64,000 nucleotides of DNA from an uncultured virus (IMG/VR IMGVR_UViG_3300041964_000150) (IMGVR_UViG_3300041964_000150), one strand, 5' to 3'. Shown: positions 18,599-29,856, numbered from the stretch's first letter. Notes: generated by a model from the sequence alone, not told the origin. Numbers and translations: made by a program.

Positions 18599-21500
18599 CT
18601 ACGAAAAAACTTGAGATTCTAATCCAGCTCCACTGCTGCCACCACCACCAGCACCAACCGGACTCGACGATCCGTTGTTAGGTAATCGCAACATCAACGT
18701 GCCGTTGTTGTTCCACAGCGCGATCTGATTCGCGCCGGTTGATGGAGGGCTGACCGTCGAGGTCAAAACAAGGCCGTTTGCATTGCCGACTGCTCCCGTC
18801 GCGCCCTGCGCCCCCTGCGCACCCCGCAAAGCGTTCACCTGCCAGTAAGCCGGATCGGGCGGCGAATTGCCCTCGCTAGGGTCGGGGTTGATGTAAACGT
18901 AACTGCCGTCATCTACCGTGCCCAAATTGAAATCAACAAAATCCAGCTTGCTGTAAGTCGCGAGCGGGTTGTAAGTTCCACGCGGGTTAAAACTCTTCCC
19001 CAGTTGCACCTTGAGAACCGTTGCGGGCGAGTCGCTGCCAGTAATTAGGGTTGGGTGGGGCGTTGCCGCTGCTGGTGATGGGATTGAGATAGAGATAGCT
19101 GCCATCGTCATCAGACCCACCATCCAGGAAAACCAGATCGTTATAGGAATAATTCGCGATCGGGTTGTACGTTCCTGCTGGCCGAATGCCGTCGAAAATA
19201 ATTTGCCAGCTTGAGCCTGCATCAGTGCTGGGGTTGACGTTGATGTTGATGTTCAGGCTTAAATAGAGCTTGCCTTCTTGCCTCACTACATCATGAACGG
19301 CATAGTTGGCGATCGCTGACCAGTTACTACGAAAGCGCAAACCTCTGGCAAGGGGCAGCCAGTTTGTACCATCGTCAAACAGTGGATCGATGTTGATGTT
19401 AGCCTGAAGCGCGAACCAGCTTGAATTCCCTGCCGTGACAACGCTGGTGGCCGCAAACGTATCGCTACTATTCCAACTGCCCTCAAGAAATAAGCCCGGA
19501 TCACCCTTATCGCCTTTGAGGTTGATGACCGAAACCCAGCCGCCAAACTGCTTGAAGTAAAGTAAGCCTGCTTGGGGGTGGGGTTCTCGAAGGAAATAGT
19601 AATCGCCTGGTTCACCGATCGAGTCGTCCGGTTCAGCAGAACCGTAGAGAATTTGCGAGCCATCATCTCGAATCCAGCGACCTGCATCCGCAGCGATGAT
19701 GTCGTTAGGCCGGATGGCGCGATCGCCGTCATCTGACTCGCGCGATTCAGGGTCAAACCGATAGGGGTTGCCCTTCTCTGCCAGATAGCGCGACTGGTAA
19801 GGGCTGCGCTCACCTGCTGTTACCTGCCGCAGTAGTACAACAGTTTTAGTCGGTTCTGCCCAGGCTTCTGCGGATCGCTCAATTCGATCGAAGCTGAGCC
19901 GCGAAGTGTAGACACAGCCATCGATCGCGCTGTGCGAAATTCTGGTGACGGTCGAATCGTCATAGACGAAGCTATAGGCAATCTGCACACCGATCGGGTA
20001 GTCACCTGCACCTGTCACCGCTGCTGCCGTCGATGTGGGAGTAAACAGGCCGAAGTCATCAGCAGGGGTGGGAAGGGTGGCCGCTGGCGCCGCAGCCCAA
20101 GACGGCAGATCGATCGCCTGGATACTGCCATCGATCAGGGCATAAGTCCCCAACAGACGAATGTCGTTGCTGAGCTTGCCATAGATGCGGACGTTGGGCG
20201 CGTTCAGCTTGGCTTTGCCTGTCAGTCCGGCGATCGCATCAGGATAGTTGGCGCGGATCTGGGCAGTTGTGCCGTCGCTGGGATAGGCGAGCGTGGCGCG
20301 AAGACTGCCCGCTGATACTGTGGCTGGACTCCAGGGGGATAGGACGGTTTCGCCTGGTTCGGTTGAGGCGATCGCCCGCTTGCCCTCGCCTGCTTGCAGC
20401 GTTCCAGCTCGCACATACATGGCACCGTTGCCGTTAATCGCGATCGTTTGGTTGGCCGTATTGGGTTGCAGCCCATAAACCTCGCTCGCAGCCTGATCGA
20501 AAAATGTGCGACTGGCAATCGAGCCGGACCGGGAGAGAGCCAGCAGACTCAGACCCGTGCGCGGCACCACGAAACCGCGATCGTTCTGAGGGAACAGGCG
20601 ATCGCCAAAAACCTCGCCCAGCTCAGAATAGCGACCCGCTTCAACGTAGAGAAATGGGGCGATCGATAAAACGCCAGCCGGAACGCGCCCGTTCAGAGCC
20701 GCAGCGGTGAAATTTGGATAGACGGCAAAGGCGAACGCCTCGCCAGGTTGCAGCGCATCGGGCAGCCGCAGATCAAATTTGCCGGGTTCAATGCCGCGAT
20801 CGGCGTCAAGCCAATCGAATGTATCACCGTCGGCGTCGATGGTGCGGCGATTGCCTGTTACTGGATTGGCGTAGCCGAGGAAGCGCACTTGCAGCAGTCC
20901 GGCGAATGCCTCAGTTTGGGGGATGCCATTGAGCAAGATGCTGATGCCGACCCGTGTCCCAGCGGCGATCGGGGTTGTGTCGTCGTTGAGCAGCCAAAAT
21001 GTTCTAGGGGCACCGTCTGATCCGTCAACACCATAGATCGGAGTGCGCAGCGGCGTGCTGCCTACCAAGTCTAGAGCGCGATCGCAGCCACCTCCAGCAG
21101 TCGTATCCGTGATTTGTGTATTGAAGTTGCCGGGACGGGTGATCCACTGGCCGCCCACTGCCCCTAGAACATCACTGCTCACAGGTCGGGCAGAACCGGG
21201 GACAAACTCAAACACCTGCGAGGCGATCGATCGCAGCATTCCGCCAACTGGGTTCGACGGCAAAGCAGCGGCACTGGCAACAGCAACAGGCAGTGCGAGC
21301 TGTGCATCGGTTTCGAGTGTGACCGTCGCGCCAACAGCAGCGCGAGCAATTTGCACAAAACTGGCCGGATCGCTGGTAGTGCTGGCGGAAATGACGATCG
21401 ATTCCCAAGATTCACCCGCCAGCTTTAAAGCAGCGGCCAGAGCAATCGAGACGCGCTGCCCTGCGGCCAGGGCGACCGGACCGACGATCGGGCTGAGCTG

Positions 21501-21656
21501 GGTAAGTCCTGCGGGGTTGGCACCAGAAATCGCAAAATAGCGGGTAAGTGCCTGTGATGTGGCTGCACCAGCGGCAGTAGTAACACTGCTACTGGCAAAA
21601 GGGAGTTGGGCACGACCTGAGCCAAATTGCGATCGCATAGGAATTCTATAGGGCAA
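18599..21656 (-). CDS. Large tail/fibre protein with carbohydrate-binding-like repeats and short collagen-like stretches (frameshift near 18995)
   Basis: Repeated G.WN...Y...D.V....SY.....S.GN.P....YWQ units; GAQGAQGATG and KGDKGDPG. Confidence 0.7.
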
Positions 21657-21880
21657 GTCTCCTCAGAATTCCCAAAACGCAGAGCAGCCAACATTTTGAA
21701 GTAAGCGCGACTTACACTTTAAGTTATGACGACCAACCAGCAGCAGGAAGTTTTAGCGAACCTCCCTCGCCTCTCCTCTTTCTACTATCCAGAGCCGGAA
21801 CCGCCCAGCAATCGATCGACCCACGATCCGGCTACATCTCCAGCCGAGCCGCCCAGCACCAAAGACGGGAATTCCCGTGA

Positions 21881-22711
21881 TTAGAAATCTAGATATTTGC
21901 TGCTGCTGTCATCGGGACAGGCTTCCAAATATACATTTGTGACGGCGATCGAGCTGTGGCCGAGCGAATCACGGACTAGATGAATGGGTGCGCCTGCTGC
22001 AAGTGAGTGTTGAGCGTGCGCGTGGCGCAACCAGTGCGGCGAAACTTTATCGCCCAGACCAGCGGCGAGCGATGCCCGCTTGATGATTGCCCAGGATTGA
22101 TAGCGATTGAGGTTGAATACCAAGGCCGCAGGATTCGGCGGCGACGGCTGCAAGGGCTGCAACTGCTGCCAAGCCGGAACGGGCACCAGAACCGTGCGAA
22201 GTTTTTCGCCTTTGCCCGTGATCGCTGCCTGCACCGCTCCATCTCCGCGCGTCCAAACATTTGCCCAGCTCAGCGAGCAAGCCTCACTGATCCGGGTGCC
22301 CGTTGCGTAGAGAAACAGAACCAGGGCGCGATCGCGACCGGGGGGAGTTGCGGCGATCAATGCCTGTACCTGAGTTTTGAGCAGAAACCTTTGCGCGAGA
22401 ATCGCTTTTGCTCTGGGCAGTCGCAGGGCAGCGGCGATATTGAAGGGCAAATAGGCAAGTTTTGCTGCGAAGGTATAGAGCGATTTCACCGCATTGATTT
22501 TGCGGCGTAAAGTGGCAGGCTTTAGCTGGCGATCGATCAGCGTATCTTGATAGTGCTGGAGGTCAGCAAGCGTGGTTGATTTTAGCGGTTTGGCAACGAT
22601 GCGCAGAAAGTGCGAAATGTCGCGCTGGTACTCGGTTCTAGTCGATGCGGGTCGGCCATGCAGCCACATCATAACCAAGCGATCATCGTCTGAAATTAGG
22701 GCAATTTCCAT
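21881..22711 (-). CDS. Tyrosine recombinase (XerC/D-like integrase/resolvase)
   Basis: YATGTRISE, GKGEKLR, SPHWLRHAHA, LGHSSIAVTNVY catalytic residues. Confidence 0.95.
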   Translation of the reverse strand: MEIALISDDDRLVMMWLHGRPASTRTEYQRDISHFLRIVAKPLKSTTLADLQHYQDTLIDRQLKPATLRRKINAVKSLYTFAAKLAYLPFNIAAALRLPRAKAILAQRFLLKTQVQALIAATPPGRDRALVLFLYATGTRISEACSLSWANVWTRGDGAVQAAITGKGEKLRTVLVPVPAWQQLQPLQPSPPNPAALVFNLNRYQSWAIIKRASLAAGLGDKVSPHWLRHAHAQHSLAAGAPIHLVRDSLGHSSIAVTNVYLEACPDDSSSKYLDF

Positions 22712-22897
22712 GAGAGAGGCTTAACAAAAGTGTTGTTTTGTTGAACCGTTCTACCTTGACTCAGCAGGGGTTGCGATCGCCTCATCAGATCCGCTCAAAC
22801 TTGGCAGGGTGCAGATGGGGATACTAAGTAATAATCGCTTCAGTTTTAAGACCGATCGCTTCAAAAATTTTTCGCCCCTTCGCTTCAAAGGTTCGCT

Positions 22898-23089
22898 ATG
22901 TCTGGTAAATCGCGCATCGATCAAGCGCTTGGAAAGGTTGAAGATCTCAAGATCGAACTGCGGGCAGCAAACACCGGGGATTTATCAGAGGACTGCTGGC
23001 ACAATCTCAGGGAGGCTCGCATTGCGATCGAGACGGCAGAGTATCATTTGGAGCGGGCTTCAGTTTCGCAACCTAAAACTGATGGATGA
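22898..23089 (+). CDS. Hypothetical small protein
   Basis: ORF overlapping the kinase start. Confidence 0.45.
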   Translation: MSGKSRIDQALGKVEDLKIELRAANTGDLSEDCWHNLREARIAIETAEYHLERASVSQPKTDG

Positions 23090-23708
23090 AGAAACACTCA
23101 GCGAAGTGGTTCACCATTTGCGATCGCCGCTCGCAAATATCAAGATCGCCGCTCAACTTCTACGGACCATCCCCGAAGCCAAATACTTAGACCTGATCGA
23201 GCAGGAATGTGCTGAGGGGTTGCAGCTTGTAGAAAACCTGCTCGCGCTGTATCGATGTGGCGATCGCCCGTTTGTTCTCCAGCCGATTCAGCTTCAATTT
23301 TGGTTAGAGCGGATGATCGCGGCGATCGCCCCTAAGCTTGAGAGTCGCTGTCTGAATGTCGAACTTGATTGCCAGGTCAGCGAAATCGTTGGGGATGCTG
23401 AGATTCTGGGGCAGGTTGTGCGCGAGCTACTGCACAACGCCTGTAAATACGCTCCGCCGAATTCCCTAATCGAGATTACAGCCAGCGCTGAGCGGATTCG
23501 CATCGCAAACGAAGGTGATTTGCCGCCTGAAGTTTTGCCGCGACTGTTCGATCGCTTCTACCGTGTGCCGGGGGGTGATCCTTGGAATCAAGGCGGATCG
23601 GGTCTGGGGTTGGCAATGGCGCAAGAAATGTTGACCCGCATGGATGCCGCGATCGTCGTCGGCAGTTTTGCGGGCTGTGTGATCTTTGAGATCCAGCTAC
23701 ATATCTAA
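23082..23708 (+). CDS. Sensorless histidine kinase (HisKA + HATPase only)
   Basis: HHLRSPL H-box, ELLHNACKY N-box, LFDRFYR F-box, GSGLGLA G2-box. Confidence 0.9.
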   Translation: MDEETLSEVVHHLRSPLANIKIAAQLLRTIPEAKYLDLIEQECAEGLQLVENLLALYRCGDRPFVLQPIQLQFWLERMIAAIAPKLESRCLNVELDCQVSEIVGDAEILGQVVRELLHNACKYAPPNSLIEITASAERIRIANEGDLPPEVLPRLFDRFYRVPGGDPWNQGGSGLGLAMAQEMLTRMDAAIVVGSFAGCVIFEIQLHI

Positions 23709-24089
23709 AGCTGCTCTAAGTCGCTCCAATCGTCTCTATGCTCAGGGCAGAGCCACAATTTTTGAAGGTTCAACGCGATGGCGTTGTACCAGGGAAAATC
23801 TTTTGTGTTGTTGCAGTCTGGATGCGAACATTTAACCTTCATCGCGATCGCCAGCGGTTCAAGCCTCGCACTTCAGCCGCAGCGCAACGGGAGTTGAGCC
23901 GATCAATTAGTTGCGATCGATGGGATGTGCCCTGGATGCGATCCATATTCCGCATCTGCCGCTCAGTTTGGTCGATCGATGTCTGCGCCCCTATGTCGTT
24001 CGCCCAGCCTGCCGCATCGAGTTGCAGCATCTCAAAATCGAAACCTTCCAGCAGAGTCAACAAAAAGTAGAGATTCATGCCATGCTTCA

Positions 24090-24500
24090 TCACGCAATGC
24101 TTTGATTCTCGCACAGCATTCTGAGTTGATAGATCGGGCGATCGCTAATTGTCAAAATCAAACCTTCTTGACTGGCTAAACCCCAGCGATGCACAACGGG
24201 GGGTTGAATCACAAAGCCAGAGTCATCGCGCAAAACTCCAGCCTGCACCAGGCCATCTAACACGAATTTCGCAGCAGCAGGGGTGTTATCGGCTGGGTCG
24301 CGTCGCAGCGTTTTGATCTGCCAGTCAAAGGCGAGCCACACTTCACCCGCAAACACTGGGCTGCCCATTGCGACGATCGCACAGTCGCGAGTGTAGTCGT
24401 GCTTCAGTCGGCTGTATTCCCGACCGTTGTTAGACTTCGCCGCCGAAATAATTTCGTTTAATGTCGGCGGCAGAAACGGAAAATACAGTCTTGTGAGCAT
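24090..24500 (-). CDS. RusA-like Holliday junction resolvase
   Basis: PPTLN...RRDPADN...KFVLDGLV.AGVL.DD. Confidence 0.85.
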   Translation of the reverse strand: MLTRLYFPFLPPTLNEIISAAKSNNGREYSRLKHDYTRDCAIVAMGSPVFAGEVWLAFDWQIKTLRRDPADNTPAAAKFVLDGLVQAGVLRDDSGFVIQPPVVHRWGLASQEGLILTISDRPIYQLRMLCENQSIA

Positions 24501-24688
24501 GAGAGAAAATCACCTCTTGATCTTCGTTGGTTGCTGTAGCCACACCCAAAAACCAACGAATAGAACGCACCAAAACAGTGCGCCACCAATGCCTAAATGA
24601 GCGATCGACAGCGCAATTAAGTGCTGTGTGCCGATCACAGTGAGGGCAACCAGTGCAGCGATCGAGGACATTCGCAGAATGGTGATCA

Positions 24689-25132
24689 TTAGCATGAGTG
24701 TTCCTTGAAGCGATAGTAAGCCCATTGCTCATTACGGTCGGTTGCCTTAGCGATCGCCTCCCAGTCCTCAAGCGTCATCTTGGTTAGATCGGCATTCTCG
24801 CACCAACGGTAGTAAGCCCACTGCCGGGGGTTGTTGAAGTCCGCAGCAATCGCGATTGCAATCCAATCTGCTAGCGTCAGCGCGGATAGGGTGATCGTTC
24901 GTTCGAGGGCTGTAACTGGTTTAAGGCAGCATTGAAAACTGCTACAGCAATCTGTGTAGTCCTCATGCTGATTTGCCTTAGAAATTTTTTCAGCATAGGG
25001 CAAAGTATCAAACCAATCCTTCCAGCGCTGATGTCGTTCTGGTTCTGCCATCGGGCAATAGCGAACTGAGTTGTACGGCTGCCCTGTGACGGCAGGGCAG
25101 TTTGCATCGCAGGGGTCAAAATTTGCCATCAT
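24689..25132 (-). CDS. Hypothetical Cys-rich protein
   Basis: Coupled ORF with repeated DW.AIA.A.D.N.QWAYYR. Confidence 0.55.
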   Translation of the reverse strand: MMANFDPCDANCPAVTGQPYNSVRYCPMAEPERHQRWKDWFDTLPYAEKISKANQHEDYTDCCSSFQCCLKPVTALERTITLSALTLADWIAIAIAADFNNPRQWAYYRWCENADLTKMTLEDWEAIAKATDRNEQWAYYRFKEHSC

Positions 25133-25376
25133 TCACCTCACTTAAAAACTTGCTCCGTACTACCATCACACCGCTGCCCCAACCAAAAGCAAGGAATCCG
25201 ATCGCCACGCTTGGCAGAATCAGACCCGATAGCCTCGCTTCTTTTTCATCGGTCAGGAATGGCGCGGTTGCATACAGCGCAACTGTGACGCCAGCGCTGG
25301 CAAAGATGGCGCCAAGCAAAAGCCAAGCTGCGGCAATCTGGGTAGTTTCCAAGGCGTTGCTGAGCATTCTTTTCAT
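25116..25376 (-). CDS. Small membrane protein
   Basis: Two hydrophobic segments. Confidence 0.55.
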   Translation of the reverse strand: MKRMLSNALETTQIAAAWLLLGAIFASAGVTVALYATAPFLTDEKEARLSGLILPSVAIGFLAFGWGSGVMVVRSKFLSEVNDGKF

Positions 25377-26974
25377 GACTGTGTTCCCTTCAACTGTTCT
25401 CGCAGATATTCGATCGCCTTCGGGTTATTGGCAAAGGCTTGAGCATTGCCCCACAGTTCTGCATACTTGGCAATCAGATCTGCATCGCTCGGTTCTTCAG
25501 GCTGCGATCGATACCATGCCTGCATCTGCACAAACATATCGCGAGCAGGGTTGCCCTGCTTGAGATCGCGCTTCTTGATTTTTTTGGGTTGCTCTGTAGG
25601 TGCTGCTGGAGTTTCGGGCTGTGATGGTTCAGCGGTTGGGGTTTCGGTTTCCTCGCTCGCTGTATCAGTGGGTGCATCCTCAACTACGGCAGTTTCTATC
25701 GTCTGCCACTCCAGGATCAGCGATCGCAAATCATCGACAGGTGCAACGGGCAGATACCCGTTTGGAATCGGCAGCGAAGTAGCGAACCCTGCGGGTAGTC
25801 CGCCCTGGTCCCGGTAGACCGACTGACCATAGGCGATCGCTTCTTCAGATATCTTGCGCGGCGAATTGCTGACCTGGATGCGGTCTTGAGTCATTTCGAC
25901 GCCCATTATTATGTGGCATTGTCTCAAGACCTTGCGATCAATGCCGACCTCATCTTTAGTTAGCGAGTGCAGCAGAAACCACAGGCAAACACCATACTTT
26001 TGCGCCTCAGTTCCGACGACTGAAAGAATGCCAGAGATACGCTCGCATTCATCCTCTGAGAGCTGGCCGAGCAGGTTTGTGAATTCGTCAATTCCTACAA
26101 GCACCTGCGGCTCATTAATTTCGTGTTTCTTGCGATAGCTGATCAGCGTTTCAACCCGACCCAAGAAGCGCTCTAAATCCTTAGCCTCTCCTTTGTATGC
26201 GCCCGTCTGCACGCCTTTGGGCATCGTTTCCAGTTTCGGAATGCCCAGCCAGTTCGATCGAAATTGTTCGTTCCGACCCATGCCTAAATGCGCGTCGAAC
26301 CAGAAAATAACCAGCATTGGATCGGCCTGCGCCCACTGATATAAGGCGTAGTGGGCTGCGGCGGTTTTGCCTTCGCCAGTGTTCCCGGTCCAGATAATGT
26401 GTTTTTTGATGGTTGCAGCATACAGGGCTGAAACAACCTCGATCGCTTCTTCTGGCGAGTCAAACTCAAACGATTGCAGGTAATGCGGTATCTCCTTAGC
26501 TTCTACGTCGATCGCCGCCTGCATCTGCTCCACCAGTCCGGTCAATCCATAGACCTCAAGCCAGTAGGGTTGCTGCTCTGGGGGTGCCTGCGAAATCTGA
26601 TGCAGCAATCGATTAACGTGCAACATCTGTTGCTGAGCTTTTCTCTGCTCGATTTCATAGGCGAGCTGATCGCCCAGCATTTCGCGCTGAGCGCTGGTTA
26701 TCACCGTCTCAACGGCTTCATTCTGTTTGACGGGTCGCGTCTGTACGGTAGCGCACACACCACCCAACACCGAACCACCCAGCAGCAGCGTTTTGACTGG
26801 GTTGGGGAGTTGGGGCAGCAGGATCGGTATTGTCAAGCCCAGCAGCCAGCCTGCGCCAAAGATGCCGAGCGTAGCGCGATCGATGGTGAGGGCTGGCCGG
26901 ATTAGCGACTGTTCAAGACTAAAAATAGGTGCGATCGATTGAGTCGATTTGCGTAGCAGGTTGAGCATTGCCAT
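25373..26974 (-). CDS. Membrane-anchored P-loop ATPase (FtsK/HerA/coupling-protein-like)
   Basis: Two N-terminal hydrophobic segments; Walker A GNTGEGKT; Walker B VLVGIDE; EAQKYG. Confidence 0.8.
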   Translation of the reverse strand: MAMLNLLRKSTQSIAPIFSLEQSLIRPALTIDRATLGIFGAGWLLGLTIPILLPQLPNPVKTLLLGGSVLGGVCATVQTRPVKQNEAVETVITSAQREMLGDQLAYEIEQRKAQQQMLHVNRLLHQISQAPPEQQPYWLEVYGLTGLVEQMQAAIDVEAKEIPHYLQSFEFDSPEEAIEVVSALYAATIKKHIIWTGNTGEGKTAAAHYALYQWAQADPMLVIFWFDAHLGMGRNEQFRSNWLGIPKLETMPKGVQTGAYKGEAKDLERFLGRVETLISYRKKHEINEPQVLVGIDEFTNLLGQLSEDECERISGILSVVGTEAQKYGVCLWFLLHSLTKDEVGIDRKVLRQCHIIMGVEMTQDRIQVSNSPRKISEEAIAYGQSVYRDQGGLPAGFATSLPIPNGYLPVAPVDDLRSLILEWQTIETAVVEDAPTDTASEETETPTAEPSQPETPAAPTEQPKKIKKRDLKQGNPARDMFVQMQAWYRSQPEEPSDADLIAKYAELWGNAQAFANNPKAIEYLREQLKGTQS

Positions 26975-27263
26975 TGCGCGGGAAGCCTGACCAGACGCCA
27001 AGCAGTACAGGAATAAGCAGTAGCAGGGCAGATAACAGGAACGGCATTGCTGCACGCCGCGCCTGTGGTCGAGCGCTGGGGATACTGTTGGGATTGCGGG
27101 CAGCAGCGGCGAGCCAGCCTAATACCAGCAGGAAAATTTCAACGGCCAAAACCAGGATGACGACGCCACCCCGAAAGATAGGGTAGGCTGCACCGATCTG
27201 CCCCAGCAGCACAACTGCGCTGAGCGCTGTGCCTGCGATCGCCACATAAAACAACGTATTCAT
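26919..27263 (-). CDS. Membrane protein
   Basis: Three hydrophobic segments. Confidence 0.6.
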   Translation of the reverse strand: MNTLFYVAIAGTALSAVVLLGQIGAAYPIFRGGVVILVLAVEIFLLVLGWLAAAARNPNSIPSARPQARRAAMPFLLSALLLLIPVLLGVWSGFPRNGNAQPATQIDSIDRTYF

Positions 27264-27703
27264 AGGCGAATACCCGATCGGGTCTGCTGAAATTGGTGCT
27301 GCCAACCCCGTGCCTCAGCTTGGTTCGATCGCATCTCTAAGTTATGAACCGATCGGGCTTTCATGTGCTTGAGATCGATTTTTTGGACCGTCTGATCAGC
27401 CTGCATCATCGCTTGCGCATACTGCGCACGGGTGCCATAGATGCCGACCTCTGATCTCACAATGCGCTGCATATTCTGCGCATATCTTTGCAGCATTAAT
27501 CTTTGACCTTCAGCGCTGCTGGCTGCTTCTGCTGAAGCAACGACATCATCCTCACCCACAGCGGCAGGCAGTTGAATAAACTCGCCCATTCGGTCTTTGA
27601 AGGACTGGTCAAATCCTCCAACCCCGTGCGGCAGTCCGAGATCGTATGAGGACTCAGAAACCCCCGATAAAGCGTTAAGAATTGCACCAAATAGAGAAGG
27701 CAT
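27260..27703 (-). CDS. Hypothetical protein
   Basis: Coupled ORF. Confidence 0.6.
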   Translation of the reverse strand: MPSLFGAILNALSGVSESSYDLGLPHGVGGFDQSFKDRMGEFIQLPAAVGEDDVVASAEAASSAEGQRLMLQRYAQNMQRIVRSEVGIYGTRAQYAQAMMQADQTVQKIDLKHMKARSVHNLEMRSNQAEARGWQHQFQQTRSGIRL

Positions 27704-27707
27704 TAGC

Positions 27708-28280
27708 TTATACTCCCTTTTCTGCTAAAACGTCCCAAAGAGCCTGACAAGATGCGTCGGTTGCACAACCTGCGCCCGTTTCTCTCATCCGCTGTAACTG
27801 CTCGGTCGATAGGTGCTGCGTTTCGTTCGCCCAAAAGTTTTTTGCGATCGTATAAGGATCGTTCAGTGGTGCCGCAGGCGCAACGGCTGTAGGTTCTGCG
27901 GCAGGTGGGCAAACGAACGAGACGCAAACATTTGGCCGCGCCTGGTGCTTTGCCTGCTCGATCGCAAATGCTGCGAACGCATTGGTTTGCCTCGCAGCGA
28001 TCGCGCCTGAGCTATTGGCTGTAATCAGATATGTGCAGACCACGACAGCACCAGAGGCGATCGCAGTGATGGCGAGCCAAGGCGGACGGGTGTTCTGAGC
28101 GACGGGAATGGGGCGAGGGGCGATCGGTTGATGATAATGTCCCAGCGCTGGCGGCAGTGGAGGGGCGATCGCTACATCATCAGGTTCATGCAGGTCGATC
28201 ACTGGGCGCGGCGACTGCTGTTGCTGCTGTCTCTCCAGAGCTGCCCCAAGCTCTAGAACTGCTCGATTTAGAGGCGGCAT
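27708..28280 (-). CDS. Single-pass membrane protein
   Basis: Pro-rich N-terminus and one hydrophobic segment. Confidence 0.6.
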   Translation of the reverse strand: MPPLNRAVLELGAALERQQQQQSPRPVIDLHEPDDVAIAPPLPPALGHYHQPIAPRPIPVAQNTRPPWLAITAIASGAVVVCTYLITANSSGAIAARQTNAFAAFAIEQAKHQARPNVCVSFVCPPAAEPTAVAPAAPLNDPYTIAKNFWANETQHLSTEQLQRMRETGAGCATDASCQALWDVLAEKGV

Positions 28281-28918
28281 AAAAAATCAGGGTGATAAGG
28301 GTTATTGCGAGCAAGCTGGACTGAATTATGAGCGCGAGCGATTGCCAGCGCTTAGGCTGAAACTGATGCGCCAGCGAAGAAAGCAGCGCGAGCGAGCTGG
28401 CGACCTCCCTCGCGAAAAAAGGCAGCATCATGCTCTGCGCCCTCCAGCAGTTCGATTGTGCGGCGAACAACTTGCACCGGGGCACTCTGCACGATCGCAG
28501 CATTCTGCTGAGCCTCATTCTCAACGAAGCGATCGCGTTCGTCGGTCAAGCCATCTCGAAACGCGCCCACTTCTTCAAGGGTGCCGCCGATCGCCGCGCC
28601 CATTGGATCGGGGACCGCATCTTTGCGCTGGCTGCCAAGGCTGCCGCCGTTTGTTTGCGCGATCGCAGAAGCCTGCTTTAGACCAGTGGCTAATGATGCA
28701 ATTGCCTCATCAGAGGCAATATCTTCTGCCCTAACCTTTGTAGCCTTAAGATAAGCAGCGAGTTCGGCTGTCGGTAGTCTGACAGCCGATCGCTGCCAGC
28801 TTTGCGATAAGTTCTTTCATGATGTTCTCTGAATGTTCTCTGAAGGTCATTGAGAGGATATTGATAGGATACTAGCATTGCTCTAAAAATAAGGATCAAC
28901 TTCGATGGTGAGATTGAT

Positions 28919-29152
28919 ATGACGCCGATAAAATTTGGGATTCAATTACCTCCCTGGTTCGATCGCCGCCTGCGCCTGTGGGCAGCGTGGAAGGGCACCA
29001 CAAGAGCAACGCTTGCGGCCAATATCCTGCAATCTCGCATCGAAGCGAATTGGCCGGAACTCAGCAAGGATTTAGATGAGCAGGCGGCAGCTCAGGGCAT
29101 CAGTCGCGCCGAGCTAGAAGAGACTTTGTTGAATGGAGGGGAGGAAGACTAA
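28919..29152 (+). CDS. Ribbon-helix-helix-like regulator
   Basis: KFGIQLP..FDRRLRLWA..KGTTRATLAANIL. Confidence 0.65.
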   Translation: MTPIKFGIQLPPWFDRRLRLWAAWKGTTRATLAANILQSRIEANWPELSKDLDEQAAAQGISRAELEETLLNGGEED

Positions 29153-29631
29153 TGCGACTGCAAGACCTCGATAATGAGCAGCGGATCTGCGATTCGCGGC
29201 AGGTGCGATTGAGCTGCGCATTAGAGCGTGGTCATGGTCGCAGCGACATAGACGATCGCACTTGGCGGCAATATCGCCAGATCTGCAATGTGCCTCGCAG
29301 TGCTAAGAAACTCACTCGCCGCGAAGTTGTTTTACTGCTGGTTTGCGCTTCCCTCTATCGCGAGGGAGCAGAAAACCTCAGCAGCTTAAAAGTTGTGGTG
29401 GAGGCAGAGAAGCGGATCAGCTCGCCCAGGTCAGTGCTGCTGATCGACCGCTTTTGCGGCGAGGAAGCATCACTCACAGGGCGCGAACTGCTGGAACACT
29501 TGAAAGCGATCGGCAAGCCGCGATCGCCCAAAACGCTCTACCGCTGGGGACAGCAAAAAGGGCTGCCCAGGTTCGGATTAAACCAGAAATATACGCCTTG
29601 GCAGGTTCGCCGCTGGCTGACAGCGGTGTGA
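29152..29631 (+). CDS. Putative DNA-binding protein
   Basis: C-terminal RSPKTLYRWG helix-turn-helix-like segment. Confidence 0.55.
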   Translation: MRLQDLDNEQRICDSRQVRLSCALERGHGRSDIDDRTWRQYRQICNVPRSAKKLTRREVVLLLVCASLYREGAENLSSLKVVVEAEKRISSPRSVLLIDRFCGEEASLTGRELLEHLKAIGKPRSPKTLYRWGQQKGLPRFGLNQKYTPWQVRRWLTAV

Positions 29632-29856
29632 GAAAAACAGCGCTGTAGTTTTTCTGCTGAGAACGCAAAAATGAGGCTTTCAGGATTCTCAACACTCAAG
29701 GAATCGCCTGAAAGCCTCATTTTTCGTTGCCGATCACTCCAGGTTTCTACTGCGGCGATCGCCTAATTTGAGAAAAAATCGCTCGATCGCTTGACCTGCT
29801 TGGACTTGACGAAACCTTGAGCGAAAAATCGCCGCCAAAATTTCGCCAAAAACCCC

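Noticed and set aside
22809..23081. N-terminal sensor extension of the histidine kinase
   Set aside because: The upstream in-frame sequence looks non-protein-like, overlaps a promoter-like motif, and overlaps a more plausible small ORF in another frame.
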